Positions 50,210 to 62,523 of a stretch of 64,000 nt of DNA are shown one piece after another. A model generated the notes under the pieces. That model did no database searches and was not told where the DNA came from. It saw only the letters and a program-made list of their open reading frames with translations. The stretch is from positions 83,872-147,871 of the forward strand of contig NC_057758.1 in assembly GCF_004010195.1 (NCBI RefSeq), in the 5' to 3' direction. This DNA is from Chiloscyllium plagiosum (Eukaryota). The stretch's first letter is position 1. Every line of letters begins with the position of its first letter. A program made the position numbers and the translations under genes.

Positions 50210-50299
50210 ACCTAGGAAGCATCTGTACTGATTTTGCGTCATTGGTAGAGAGGATTTCAGCTAACTGGATGGCCTGATGAGGATCATTTAATTCTGCTG

Positions 50300-52010
50300 T
50301 CATTTATGCTTCAGTCCTGCTAACGTGCGGAGGGTTTCCTGGAGGAGACTTACGGGATATCTCAGGACAATCGTACGCTGCTCCCTGAACGGCGCCTTAG
50401 TCACAGCATAAACCCCAGTGTTAGTACAGCAACTCAGAAGCTGCAGTATGAAGCTTAATTCCATCAGAAAAAAAAATGTATAGATACAGCATTTGGTAAC
50501 CAAAGCAGTACACGCGGATCCATATAGTGTACAACCTTACAACATCATTAAATTGGCCGAGATAGCCATTTGTAATATGATGGATTTCCTTTGGCTCTCC
50601 ATCTCTGAGTCTCTGGGACTCTCCCAAATTTCTGAGTGTCCTCCGGGCTCTGCTGATCATGGGGATGTTTCTCACCATCAAAGCATTGCACAACAGGATC
50701 AGGAGAAATGGGGCACCTGGGGTGCTGTAGATGAACTCGGTTGCAACCCAGAATGGTAAAATGCTCAGCGTGCAATCTAATCAGACAAAACTGGGGTTGG
50801 TTCACCAACACTTAGCACTCCGTCAATATGAAATGCTAGAGCATGTTCTTTGAGCTGCTCAGCACAGTTACTGTGCACAGAACCACAGCGGCCATTTCCT
50901 CTTTGCAATATGTACTTTTCAGCTCCTGGCAATAGATGGCGACAAATCGGTCAAGGGTGAAAGCGATGGCGAACCAGACTGAACAGTCAGTTGCTGCACA
51001 GAGTAGGACAGTGTGAATATTACACAGAGGAATGGAGTCCAGGAAATGAAAGTGCTCTGTAAAAGTAATTGAAATGTGCCTCAATATCAGATCGAAAAGA
51101 GTAACCAGTATGTCAGTTACTGCCGAAGCGACAAGGTAGTGGGTGATGCTCTTAGAGAGACTGCGATTTCCCTTGCACATGATCACAATCGTCACTCGGT
51201 TAGCTGTGTGGAAGGAAAACATACAGGGACATTAGAAATCCCGTCGGACACAGAATAATATTTTAACTCAGCACCAATTGACAGTTTTACATGTGTCTTC
51301 TTGCATTGGTTGTTATATTCAAATGATCACACCCAGTTCTGATCATGCACTTGGAGATGACAATGGTCTTGAAAAGCACAGCAGGTCAGGCAGCATCCCA
51401 GAAGCAGGAAAATCGACATCTCAGGCAAAAGCCTGCTCCTGCTCCTCGGATGCTGCCTGACCTGCTGTGCTTTTCAAGACCATTGCCATCTCCAAGTGCA
51501 TGATCAGAACTGGGTGTGACTGCAAGGACTGCAGGACTGCAGATGCTGGAAACAAGAGTCTAGATTAGAGTGGTGCTGGAAAAGCGCAGCAGGTCAGGCA
51601 GCATCCCAGAAGCAAGAAAATCGACATCTCAGGCAAAAGCCTGCTCCTGCTCCTCGGATGCTGCCTGACCTGCTGCGCTTTTCCAGCACCACTCTAATCT
51701 AGACTCTTGTTTCCAGCATCTGCAGTCCTTGTTTTTACCACGACAATGATCCTGGCAAAAATTTGTAGAGAATCAGAAAGCTGTAGAAATGGGTTAGTTG
51801 CATAGAACAATCAGCTCTGATTTTGAAAAGAAAACACGTACCAGGGACACCAGCAACATCGAGAATTAGAAACAAATTAATTTGGACAAGTTGATGTAGA
51901 AATTGAACGGTAATACACGTTGGTAACCAATAGCTAGCAAGATGGTTAAACAAGAATGGATTGTGACATTCTGATAAATTGGCCTTACATTCCATTTGCT
52001 CCTCTCCCTC
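50300..52010 (-). pseudogene. GPR139-like GPCR pseudogene, copy 5 (exon 2 at 51203-50300; proximal exon ends at 51842)
   Basis: ANRVTIVIMCKGNRSLSKSITHYLVASAVTDILV...TLDRFVAIYC, followed by in-frame stops and frameshifts, then LQLLSCCTNTGVYAVTK. The upstream exon ends LILDVAGVP-G|GTACGT. Confidence 0.88.
51327..51729. repeat. Two consecutive long hairpins (72-nt and 74-nt arms) formed by a Penelope-type insertion
   Basis: 51327-51398 pairs with 51448-51519 (1 mismatch). 51533-51606 pairs with 51656-51729 (no mismatch seen). Confidence 0.9.
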
Positions 52011-52963
52011 TGCACCTGATTGTGTCATTGGTTTTTAATGTTTTCAATATACTAAATTCAAGTTTGATTGGAGTTTGGTGTTTTGGGTATAATTTAAACT
52101 GATTGGCCTAATTCAAGTTTGTTTTTGTCTCCAAGCAACCAGCTACTCTAGCTGCTGGACCAAACGGTTACATTGCATCTTGTTCAGAACACTTGGTGCT
52201 GTCAGGTAGTACTGCCAGCTTTTAACGTTCCTAAAGGTACAGTAGACTTCTACACCTTCACAACAATACTCAGAGATAACACTTTGAGGGAAGCTTTTGA
52301 TAACACAAGCAGGGTCGGAGGTGACCTAAGGGAATTGATCATCACGAAGAGTCAATGAGACATAGAGATCTACAGCACAGAAACAGAGCCTTCAGACATC
52401 CTAATCTAATTCAATCCTATTTGCCACCATTTGGCCCATCTCCCTCTGATTCCTTGTCGCTCAGATCCCTTTTAAATTCCCACTCCCCCCCACCTTACTC
52501 TCATCCTATGCCTTCTAGTTCTGTACTCCATGGCCTAAGTGGCCTAACCAATGACCTTCACAGTCACAAAATGACCTGCCAACTCCTGTACGCAATAAAG
52601 GAAAGCATAGGTCCTATGTACCTGCGACTTTACCTTGCAGGATCTATGAACCTGCAGTTCAAGATCTCTTTGTTCAGTAATTCAGTGTTTAAGTCCTGCC
52701 CTGATATGCCTTTCCAAAACTCAGCACCTCAGATTGATCTAAATTAATCTCTTTCTGACACTTCTCGGCCCACGACATCATCACAGCTCTAGTTCAATCC
52801 TCTCTCCCTCTCCAACACATCTCCTACCTCAATATAGTCGAAAACAGAGCCGGTTTAGAGTGGTTTAGGGAGTTACCGATCGAAAGGGTAGAGTGAGTTG
52901 TCTAAGGACCCCAGGCAACTATCCTGGTCTCTGAGTGAGGTCAGAGTATATTGTATATTCAAT

Positions 52964-53276
52964 ATTTAGTATATTGAAAACATTAAAAACCAATGACACA
53001 ATCAGATGCAGAGGGAGAGGAGCAAATGGAATGTAAGGCCAATTTATCAGAATGTCACAATCCATTCTTGTTTAACCATCTTGCTAGCTATTGGTTCCCA
53101 ATGTGTATTACTGTTCAATTTCAATGTCAACTTGTCCAAATTAATTTGTATCTAATTCTCGATGTTGCTGGTGTCCCTGGTACGTGTTTTTTTTTCGAAA
53201 TCAGAGCTGATTGTTCTATGCAACTAACCCATTTCTACAGCTTTCTGATTCTCTACAAATTTTTGCCAGGACCATT
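52964..53276 (+). repeat. Inverted duplicate of 51745-52057 (proximal GPCR exon 1 of copy 5)
   Basis: ORF 52993..53439 (+) repeats ORF 51735..52028 (-) almost residue for residue. Confidence 0.92.
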
Positions 53277-53349
53277 TGCAAGCAAACGTTTAAGAAAAGA
53301 GGGTGGGCTGAGGGGAGAGCATGTTCTGGTGATATTATCACCGAATCCC

Positions 53350-53660
53350 TACAGTGTGGAAACAGATCAATTGACCCAACAGATCCACACTGATACGTCC
53401 AAGAGTAAATTACCTGGACCTATTCCCCCCTTCATTTAACCCTGACGAATGATCCAAACATGATGAGCAATTTAGCATGGCCGTTTCACCTAAGCTGCAC
53501 AAGTTTGGATTGTGGGAGGAAGCTGGAGCACTCGGAGGAAACCCGCGCAGTCACAGGCCGAACATGCAACCTCCACACAGCCGCCCAGAGGCTGGAATTG
53601 TACCCGGGACCCTGGCGCTGTGATGCAGCCGTGCTAACCACTGAGCCACCGTGCCACCCA
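53350..53660 (-). mobile_element. HE1/V-SINE-type SINE
   Basis: Paralog of 14185-14490. Confidence 0.85.
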
Positions 53661-53964
53661 CAATTATCGTTAAATTGTTCATTCAGAAACAGCGGCAATG
53701 CTCCCAGAACCTGTGTTCGCGCCTCTCGATGGCAGGTTATGGAGTTTTCATTCAATCAATAAATGACTCCAGTGATGCTGGGGAAACATTTCCCAATTGT
53801 CTCGAATGAAACTTGTCTGGTTCTGCCTACGCCTGGGAGGAAGTGAGGACTGAAGATGTTGGAGATCAGAGTCGAGCGTGTGGAGCTGGATAGGGGCAGC
53901 AGGTCAGGCAGCATCCGAGGAGCAGGAGAATCGCTGTATCGGGCATAAGCCCTACATCAAGAAA

Positions 53965-54880
53965 CCTTTTGGACCACTGCTGTTGGCCACTTTTAAAAAT
54001 AACTCAGACCCAGGCATAGGTGGATGGGTTAGTACGTTTGCAGATGACACTAAAGTCAGTGGACAGTGTGGAAGGACATGGAAGGTTGCAGGGAGACTTG
54101 GATAAACTGCAGAATTGGGCTGAGAGGTGGAAAATGGAGTTCAATGCAGATAAATGTGAGGTGATTGACTGAGGGAGGAATAACAGGAAGGCAGAGTACT
54201 GGGTCAATGGAAAGAGTCTTGGTAGTGTGGATGTGTGTAGGGATATTGGAGTCCATGTACGTAGATCCCTGAAAGATGCCACCCAGGTGGATAGTGCTGT
54301 TAAGGAGGCATACGGTGTGTTAGGTTTTGTTGGAAGAGGGATTGAGTTCTGGAGCCATTATGTCATGCAGAAACTGTTGCGCCAGCACTTGGAGTACTGT
54401 GTGTAATTCTCGTCGGCCCCTTACAGGAAGGACGTGGGAGCATTGGAAAAGGTGCAAAGGAGATTTACCAGGATGTTGCCTGGTCTTATGAGGAAAGGCT
54501 GAGAGACTTGGGTCTGTTCTCATTGGAAAGAAGAAGGCTAAGGGGGGGATTTGTTTGAGACATACAAGATGATCAGAGGATTAGATAGGGTAGGCAGTGC
54601 AAGTCTTCTTCCTAGGATGATGACGTCAGCGTGTACGGCGGGACATAGCTACAAATTAAGGGGTTTTCGATTTAAGACAGATGTCAAAGGCAGGTTCTTT
54701 TTTCAGAGAGTGGTAATGCCCTGCCTGCCAATGTGGTTAACTCAGTCACACGAGGGAGTTTTAAACATGGATGAGGATGGGATAATGTAGGGGGGACGGG
54801 CTTAGATTAGTTCTCAATTCGGTGCAACATCGGAAGCCGAAGGGCCTGTTCTGCGCTGTATTGCTCTATGTTCTATGTTC
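53965..54880 (+). mobile_element. CR1-like LINE 3' fragment, paralog of 14790-15675
   Basis: STFADDTKVSG, ETYKMIRGLDRV and GRFFFQRVV. Confidence 0.88.
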
Positions 54881-55498
54881 TAAGCCTGGTACGACACCCC
54901 TCAGTGAGGATCCCCACCAGCTCCCATCTCGTTTTTGAGCAAAGATGGTTGTCACCTATTGGCAGGTTCTGAATCAACCTGTCTATGGTTCCAAATTTGG
55001 AAACGGAGGGAACCCTTTCAGAAGAAGGGGTGGCCCACTGCAGACAGGGAGGAGGAAGAATTCCTTCTTTCCGAGAGGAAAGAATCTATGGAATTCTTGA
55101 TTGCCAAGGGGTGCTGTGGCTGGGTCATTCAGTATATTTAAGGCCGAGAGAGAGAGATCATTTTATTTCTAATCTGGCTGGAAAATCAGAGATAGTGTAG
55201 GACAGTAGAGTTGAGAACGATTGGATTAGGCATTAATTCATTGAACGGCCAAAGAGTTTCAATTGGTCAAATGGTATCCTCCTGCTGGACCGTCTAACCG
55301 ATTTATGATTGAAAACACTGCCCGGGGGTTGGCAGGTAGAGCTGGGGCGTGTGCAGATCCTGCTTAGCCAAGACAAAAGCAGTGTTGCTGGGCTCCCTTA
55401 AGTTCGGTCCATCGCTCAAGTTAGACGGCAAACATGGCAACAGCGCAGAGCGGTCAGACACTGGGAAAGGTCTGTAATGCACCAGCGCAGTTACTCAC

Positions 55499-55578
55499 TG
55501 GGTACAGCAACAGCAGCAAGGAGCGGGTAGTAGATCGGCTCGATCCTGAGGAGGGCACGATACACCTCCACTTCAACA
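55499..55578 (-). pseudogene. Distal first exon of GPCR copy 5, disrupted by a LINE insertion
   Basis: VEVEVYRALLRIEPIYYPLLAAVAVP-A|GTGAGT. The 5' remainder resumes at about 57648-57662, beyond the LINE. Confidence 0.78.
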
Positions 55579-55579
55579 A

Positions 55580-57647
55580 ACATCCAGAGAAAGTATATAC
55601 CTGTCAGGGTGAAAGGGAAGGCTGGTAGGTATAGGGAACGCTGGATGACTGAAGAAATTGAGGGTTCGGTTAAGAAAAAGAAGGAAGTATATGTCAGGTA
55701 TAGACAGGATAGATCGAGTGAATCCTTAGAAGAGTATAAAGAAAGTAGGAGTATACTTAAGAGGGAAAACTGGAGGGTAAAAAGGGGACATGAGACAGCT
55801 TTGGCAAATAGAATTGAGGAGAATCCAAAGGGTTTTTACAAATATATTAAGGACAAAAGGGTAACTAGGGAAAGAATAGGGCCCCTCAAAGATCAGCAAG
55901 GTGGCCTTTGTGTGTAGCCACAGAAAATGGAGGAGATACTCACTGAATATTTTGCATCAGAATTTACTGTGGAAAAGAATATGGAATATATAGACCGTAG
56001 GGAAATAGATGGTGACATCTTGCAAAATGTCCAGATTACAGAGGAGGAAGTGCTGGATGTCTTGAAATGGCTAAAGGTGGATAAATCTCCAGGACCTGAT
56101 CAGGTGTACCCGAGAACTCTGTGGGAAGCTAGAGAAGTGATTGCTGGGCCTCTTGCTGAGATATTTGTATCATCGATAGTCACAGGTGAGGTGCCGGAAG
56201 ACTGGAGGGTTGCAAACGTGGTGTCACTGTTTAAGAAGGGTGGTAAAGACAAACCAGGGAACTATAGACCGGTGAGCCTGACCTCGGTGGTGGGCAAATT
56301 GTTGGAGGGAATCCTGATGGACAGGATGGACATGTATTTGGAAAGGCAAGGACTTATTAGGGATAGTCAACATGGCTTTGTGCGTGGGGAATCATGTCTC
56401 ACAAACTTGATTGAGTTTTTTGAAGAAGTATCAAAGAAGATTGATGAGGGCAGAGCAGTAGATGTGATCCATATGGACTTCAGTAAGGCGTTCGACAAGG
56501 TTCCCCATGGGAGACTGATTAGCAAGGTTAGATCTCATGGAATATAGGGAGAAGTAGTCATTTGGATACAGAACTGGCTCAAAGGTAGAAGACAGAGGGT
56601 GGTGGTGGAGGGTTGTTTTTCAGACTGGAGGCCTGAGACCAGTGGAGTGCCACAAGGATCGGTGCTGGGCCCTCTACTTTTTGTCATTTACATAAATGAT
56701 TTGGATGCGAGCATAAGAGGTAGAGTTAGTAAGCTTGCAGATGGCACCAAAATTGGAGGTGTAGTGGACACCGAAGAGGGTTACCTCAGATTACAACAGG
56801 ATCAGGACCAGATGGGCCAATGGGCTGAGAAGTGGCAGATGGAGTTTAATTCAGATAAATGCGAGGTGCTGCATTTTGGGAAAGCAAATCTTAGAAGGAC
56901 TTATACACTTAATGGTAAAGTCCTGGGGAGTGTTGCTCAACAAAGAGACCTTGGAGTGCAGGTTCATAGCTCCTTGAAAGAGGAGTCACAGATAGATAGG
57001 ATAGTGAAGGCAGCGTTTGGTATGCTTTCCTTTCTTTGATAGAGTACCGAGTACAGGAGTTGGGAGGTCATGTTGCGGCTGTACAGGACATTGGTTAGGC
57101 CACTGTTGGGATATTGTGTGCAATTCAGGTCTCCTTCCTATTGGAAAGATGTTGTGAAACTTGAAAGGATTCAGAAAAGATTTACAAGGATGTTGCCAGG
57201 GTTGGAGGGTTTAAACTATAGGGAGAGGCTGAACAGGCTGGGGCTGTTTTCTCTGGAGCGTCGAAGGCTGAGGGGTGACCTTATAGAGGATTACAGAATT
57301 ATGACGGGCATGGATATGATAAATATACACAGTCTTTTACCTGGGATCAGCGAGTCCAGAACTAGAGGGACATAGGTTGAGGGTGAGAGGGGCAAGATAT
57401 AAAAGAGACCTAAGGGGCAACTTTTTCACGCAGAGGGTGGTACGTGTATGGAATGAGCTGCCAGAGGATGTGGTGGAGGCTGGTACAATTGCAACATTTA
57501 AGAGGCATTTGGATGGGTATATGAATAGGAAGGGTTTGGAGGGATATGGGCCGGGTGCTGGCAGGTGGGACGAGATTGGGTTGGGATATCTGGTCGGCAT
57601 GGACAGGTTGGTCGGAAGTGTCTGCTTCCATGCTGTACATCTCTATA
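55580..57647 (+). mobile_element. Relatively young 5'-truncated CR1-like LINE (RT domain and 3' UTR), about 2.07 kb
   Basis: Four consecutive same-frame ORFs separated only by stop codons: [57 protein letters not shown]. Absent from the paralogous site near 16388. Confidence 0.95.
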
Positions 57648-58519
57648 ACTTATTCCCCAATTTCACGCTGCATCGTAAGAGTCAGTGTTCTCAGATTCCA
57701 ATTTCTCCTCTCTGTACCTCTCGCTCTGTCTTTCGGTCTTTCTGTCTGACTTTCCCCTCACCTCTCTTTCTGTACCTTCACCTCTCTCACTCTGTCTCTC
57801 TCCTTCTGTCTCACGTTTTTTCTGTCTATCTCCCTGTCCCTGTGTGTCTGTCTCTGTTACCGTACATGACGTTGGGACTGACAGACTGCGCTGTGTGAAG
57901 CTCATATCTGAACACCTGAGGACGTGTTTCACATTTCTCCGTGGATATGTTGGTGAGTCGTCACTGTCACTTACGAATGGCACACATCAGCATTTCGTAG
58001 CAGCCTCCTGTGCAGCACCATGTCAAAGACCTTCTGGAAATCCGAATAGATCACGTCAACTGGCTCACCGTTGTCTAACTCTCAACAATCGCAACACAGT
58101 CCAGGACAAAGCAGCCCCCTCCATCGACATGCTCACACGTCCCTTCATCACTCACTCCAAAACCATCACCGTTGAGCAGTGTTTACCATCTATGCAGAAA
58201 TTCACTGAGGGTCTTGAGACAGCACCTTCTAAACTGATGGGGTGTCAACCTTTAAATGCAAGGACAGCAGATACATGGGAACACCAGCCTCTGCAAATTA
58301 CCTTCCAATTCACTTGCTATCATGACTTGGAAATAGCTCGGTTATGAGTTCAGTGTCACTTGGTCAAAATCATGGAGCTCCCTTCCTCACGGCACTGAGT
58401 GGCTCACCCCTCCATTCATAGGGCACTGCAGTGGTTGGAGAATGCAGGTCACTACCACTGTCCTTGGAGGGTTAATGCTTCGGCCGCTCTGCATCGTCAG
58501 AGTATCTGCACTGATTGGC

Positions 58520-59322
58520 TCAGCACTGTCGGAGGGTCAATGCTGAGGGAGCTCTGTACTGTTAGAGGGCCAGTGCTGAGGGAGCTCTGCACTGTCGGAG
58601 GGTCAGTGCTGAGGGAGCCCCGCACTGTGGGAGGGTCAGCGCTGAGGGAGCTCTGTACTGTTAGAGGGTCAGTGCTGAGGGAGCCCCACACTGTGGGAGG
58701 GTCAGCGCTGAGGGAGCTCGGTACTGTTTGAGAGTCAGCGCTGAGGGAGCCCCGCACTGTCAGAGGGTCAGCGCTGAGCAAGCTCTGCACTGTCGGAGGG
58801 TCAATGCTGAGGGAGCTCTGTACTGTTAGAGGGTCAGTGCTGAGGGAGCTCTGTACTGTCAGAGGGTCAGTGCTGAGGGAGCCCCACACTGTGGGAGGGT
58901 CAGCGCTGAGGGAGCTCTGTACTGTTTGAGAGTCAGCGCTGAGGGAGCCCCGCACTGTCGGAGGGTCAGCGCTGAGCGAGCTCTGCACTGTCAGAGGGTC
59001 AATGCTGAGGGAGCTCTGTACTGTTAGAGGGTCAGTGCTGAGGGAGCTCTGCACTGTCGGAGGGTCAGTGCTGAGGGAGCTCTGTACTGTTTGAGAGTCA
59101 GCGCTGAGGGAGCCCCGCACTGTCGGAGGGTCAATGCTGAGGGAGCTCTGTACTGTTTGAGAGTCAGCGCTGAGGGAACCCCGCACTGTCGGAGGGTCAA
59201 TGCTGAGGGAGCTCTGTACTGTTAGAGGGTCAGTGCTGACGGAGCTCTGCACTGTCGGAGGGTCAGTGCTGAGGGAGATCTGTCCTGTTTGAGAGTCAGC
59301 CCTGAGGGAGCTCTGCACTGTC
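58520..59322. repeat. 33-bp minisatellite (CACTGTCGGAGGGTCAGTGCTGAGGGAGCTCTG), about 24 copies
   Basis: Direct inspection. It produces the 11-aa periodicity in ORF 58497..59636. Confidence 0.95.
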
Positions 59323-62280
59323 AAACGAGGATTTTTGAGAACGCTCTGCAGTATGGGAGGTTTAGGGATGAGGGGTATCCGGACTAGCGCCGAGCTGATA
59401 GTGAGGGAGCGCCAAAGTTTTGGAGGATCAGTTCTGAGGAAGGGAGAGAGGGATGGAGAGAATGGAGGGGAGCGATAGAGAGACAGATAGAGAAGGAGCG
59501 AGAGTAGCGCAGAGAAAGAGGGAGAGGGAGACAGAGAGACAGAAAGGGAGAAAAAGAGAGATTGCAGAAAAAAATAGACAGAGAACGGAGGGAGGGTCAG
59601 AGAGAGAGAGAGACAGAGGGATAGACAAACAGACACACAAATTGAGAGTGGGAGAGACAGTCAGTGACCGAAACAGAAATGGGTGCACTGTCCCTTTATA
59701 TTTTCTTATGAGTTTGCCCTGGAAATCCCACTTGAGAGTATCTGTGGTCTCCCTGCACCAAATGGATTGTCACGAAACAGACAGTCAGCTCACCATCACA
59801 TTCTCGAGGAATGGCCTGACCAGAAACAGACGCATCCCATCAAGGATTAAATCACGCGTTTCCAGCTTACAATCACAAAGCTTCCCGGGAAAATTGCAGG
59901 TAAAGGAACTTTAACGTGAAAGTTCAGACCGACGGGATCGGTCGTGATTACTTGTCGCAGTTGTCTGTTGTCAGCAATGAGGAAAACATCTCCCTGAAGC
60001 AGTGGCGAGGTCACCTTTCACATCTACATAAGACCACTCCGCCCCCTTCTCCAATGTCAACATTTCTCTATTGATTTGTCCGACCTCCTTTCTGTGTTTT
60101 TTTTTGCTCATTTCCCCAGCTGCAGATGCCAACATCATTCCCGTGCAAGGAACTCCGAAGCTTTCGTCAGGAGAGTCTCCTGAAACCTGAAGAGGATGCA
60201 GTCAGGAAATAGCCCTTTTCATCGGTGCCACCTCTTGGCCTCCATGGGCCCTATCATCTTCTAAAGAAGGTTTCAGGGTTCTCACTCTGCGATGGTCTTT
60301 TTTGGGAAGACATTTCACCATCCAATGTTCATTCGGATTGCTAGATTCACACACACACACAATCAGCTTTGGTCCGTTCAATTCCATTGTGAGGTAAAAT
60401 CCTGTTCGATTGACCCCTGTCCCTCCCGGATGCCTGGCTTGAAGTTGCCCCTCCATCTCCTGCCCAGCTCAAATCAATTCACGCCCCTACAAACCATTTG
60501 CATAGCCATGGATATTCTCTCTCTCTCTCTCTCTCTGTCTCTTGGGCCTCTCATTCCCTCCCCTTGTGTCAGTGCTCGATGGAACAAGTGTTTTTTTTCC
60601 AGGCGTTACCTTTACAGTCGTCCCTATCAGGTAAAATGATGAGAGGAATCGCTGGGCGAGACGGGAATCATCATTTTCCTTCCTCGGTTTGATTTGATTT
60701 GTTATGGTCACGTGTACCGAGACACAGTGAAAAGTATTGCTCTGCGTGTTCTCCAGGAATTGAATTGAATTGAACTTCTTGTCAGGTGTCCTGAGGCACA
60801 GTGTAAAGCTTTGTCTTGTGAGTAATACAGTCGGATCACATTGCTAAGTAGCATAAATAAGAAAGTAATAGGGAAACAGCGGCAAAAACAAAAAAAAAAA
60901 TACACAGGTACAGGCGAATATTAAGATTTAGTGAATCCATTCAGTATTCTAACAACAGTAGAGTAGAAACTGTTAGGAAACCGTACCATACATAAGCACA
61001 TCAGGGTAATTGAAGAGGATGAAGAATACAGTTTCTCACCAGTTCCAGATTCCCATTACCTTCTCGGTGACAATGCTGTCCCTCACATCCTGCTGTAAAG
61101 CACCTGCTCCTTTCCTTAAGTCTACAATCCCTTCCCGAATAATTTACATTTTGTTCCAGCTACAGAAAAGTGGCAGAGAAAGATCGACTTCCATATTTGA
61201 GGAGTCCGTTTGTAAGTCTGATAACAGCGGGGAAGAAGCTGCACTTGAATCTGTCCGAACTTATATCTGTTTGTACCTTCTGCCTGATGGAAGAGGGTGG
61301 AAGGCAGAATAACCGAGGTTGGAGGGGACTTGATGATACTGGCCGCCTTCCTGAAGCAACCAGCTGTGCAGATGGAGTCAACGGATGGAAGTTTGGTTTT
61401 CACGATGGACTGGGCTGTTGAATAAAACCTTTCAGAATGTCTTGCAGTTGCTGGGATGCACCCTAATGGGATGCTTTCTGCAATACATCAACAAAAACAT
61501 GTCAGTGGAATTGTTATCGTGGTGAATTTCCTTAGCCTCCTGATGAAGCAGAGACAGGTAGGGTTAGGGGCTTCCCTGATGGATGCATCAATGACCCGAG
61601 GGAAGTGGGTGTATATTTAAGACAAGGGGCAGGAGGTTTAGAGGGGGATGTGAGGAAGTGCGTTTCCTCCCAGACGGTTGGGGGCAGTGGGGGGGGAATC
61701 ACGAACAGGTTGCCTGTAAGTTTGGCAGAGTGCAGAAACCCTCATCACACTTTTGTGTCACCAAAGTAGACATGCTTTTGGAACAATTGCTGGGAATTGC
61801 TGTGGGATGTACAGGGTGACCTCTTGATGGGCTGAAGGGTCTTTCGCTGTGCATAGATCTCTGTGCCTACCCATCCGTGCGTTCTCGGCTCAATCCGATA
61901 GTGTGATGATAGCATGTGTGCACAACACCCCAGCAGGGGTATATCCAGTCCGGTAGCGAGATTTGGCGCGCACGTTTGGCGCGTTCGCTCTATCACCTCC
62001 CTGCACCCTTTCCCTATGGGTAAGGAGATTCAAATCGCTTCTCCAAATAAAGACGATGGTGGGGGGGAGGATTGAGGTCACTCAGCACCCACAATCCAGT
62101 TCTGCCATTGAATGGGATCATGGCAGATTATTCAACTCATTCCCTGTTCCCTGTAGTATCCTTTCGACGCAAGAACGATATCTATCTCCCTCTCGAAAAT
62201 ATTCCATGTATTTTTGCCTCGACTGCTTTCTGTGGCAGAGAGCTCCACAGGGTTCCCACTCTCTGAGTCAAGACCATTCT

Positions 62281-62523
62281 CGGCACGGTGGCACAGTGGT
62301 TAGCACTGCTGCCTCGTTCTCCCCGTGTCTGCGTGGGTTTGCTCCGGGTGCTCCGGTTTCCTCCCACAGTCCAAAGATGTGCAGGTCAGGTGAATTGGCC
62401 ATGCCCGTAGTGTTAGGTAAGGGGTAAATGTAGGGGTATGGGTGGGTTTCGCTTCGACGGGTCGGTGCGGACTTGTTGGGCCGAAGGGCCTGTTTCCACA
62501 CTGTAATCTAATCTAATCTAATC
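62281..62523 (+). mobile_element. HE1/V-SINE-type SINE with an internal deletion
   Basis: CGGCACGGTGGCACAGTGGTTAGCACTGCTGCCTC head and (TCTAA)n tail. Absent at paralogous sites near 21840 and 38695. Confidence 0.9.

Noticed and set aside
55580..57647. Active autonomous LINE
   Set aside because: 5'-truncated with no endonuclease domain or ORF1, several in-frame stops, and the catalytic FADD motif changed to LADG.
58497..59636. 379-aa ORF with 11-aa repeats
   Set aside because: It is the translation of a stop-free 33-bp minisatellite plus a CT tract. The paralogous site lacks the expansion.
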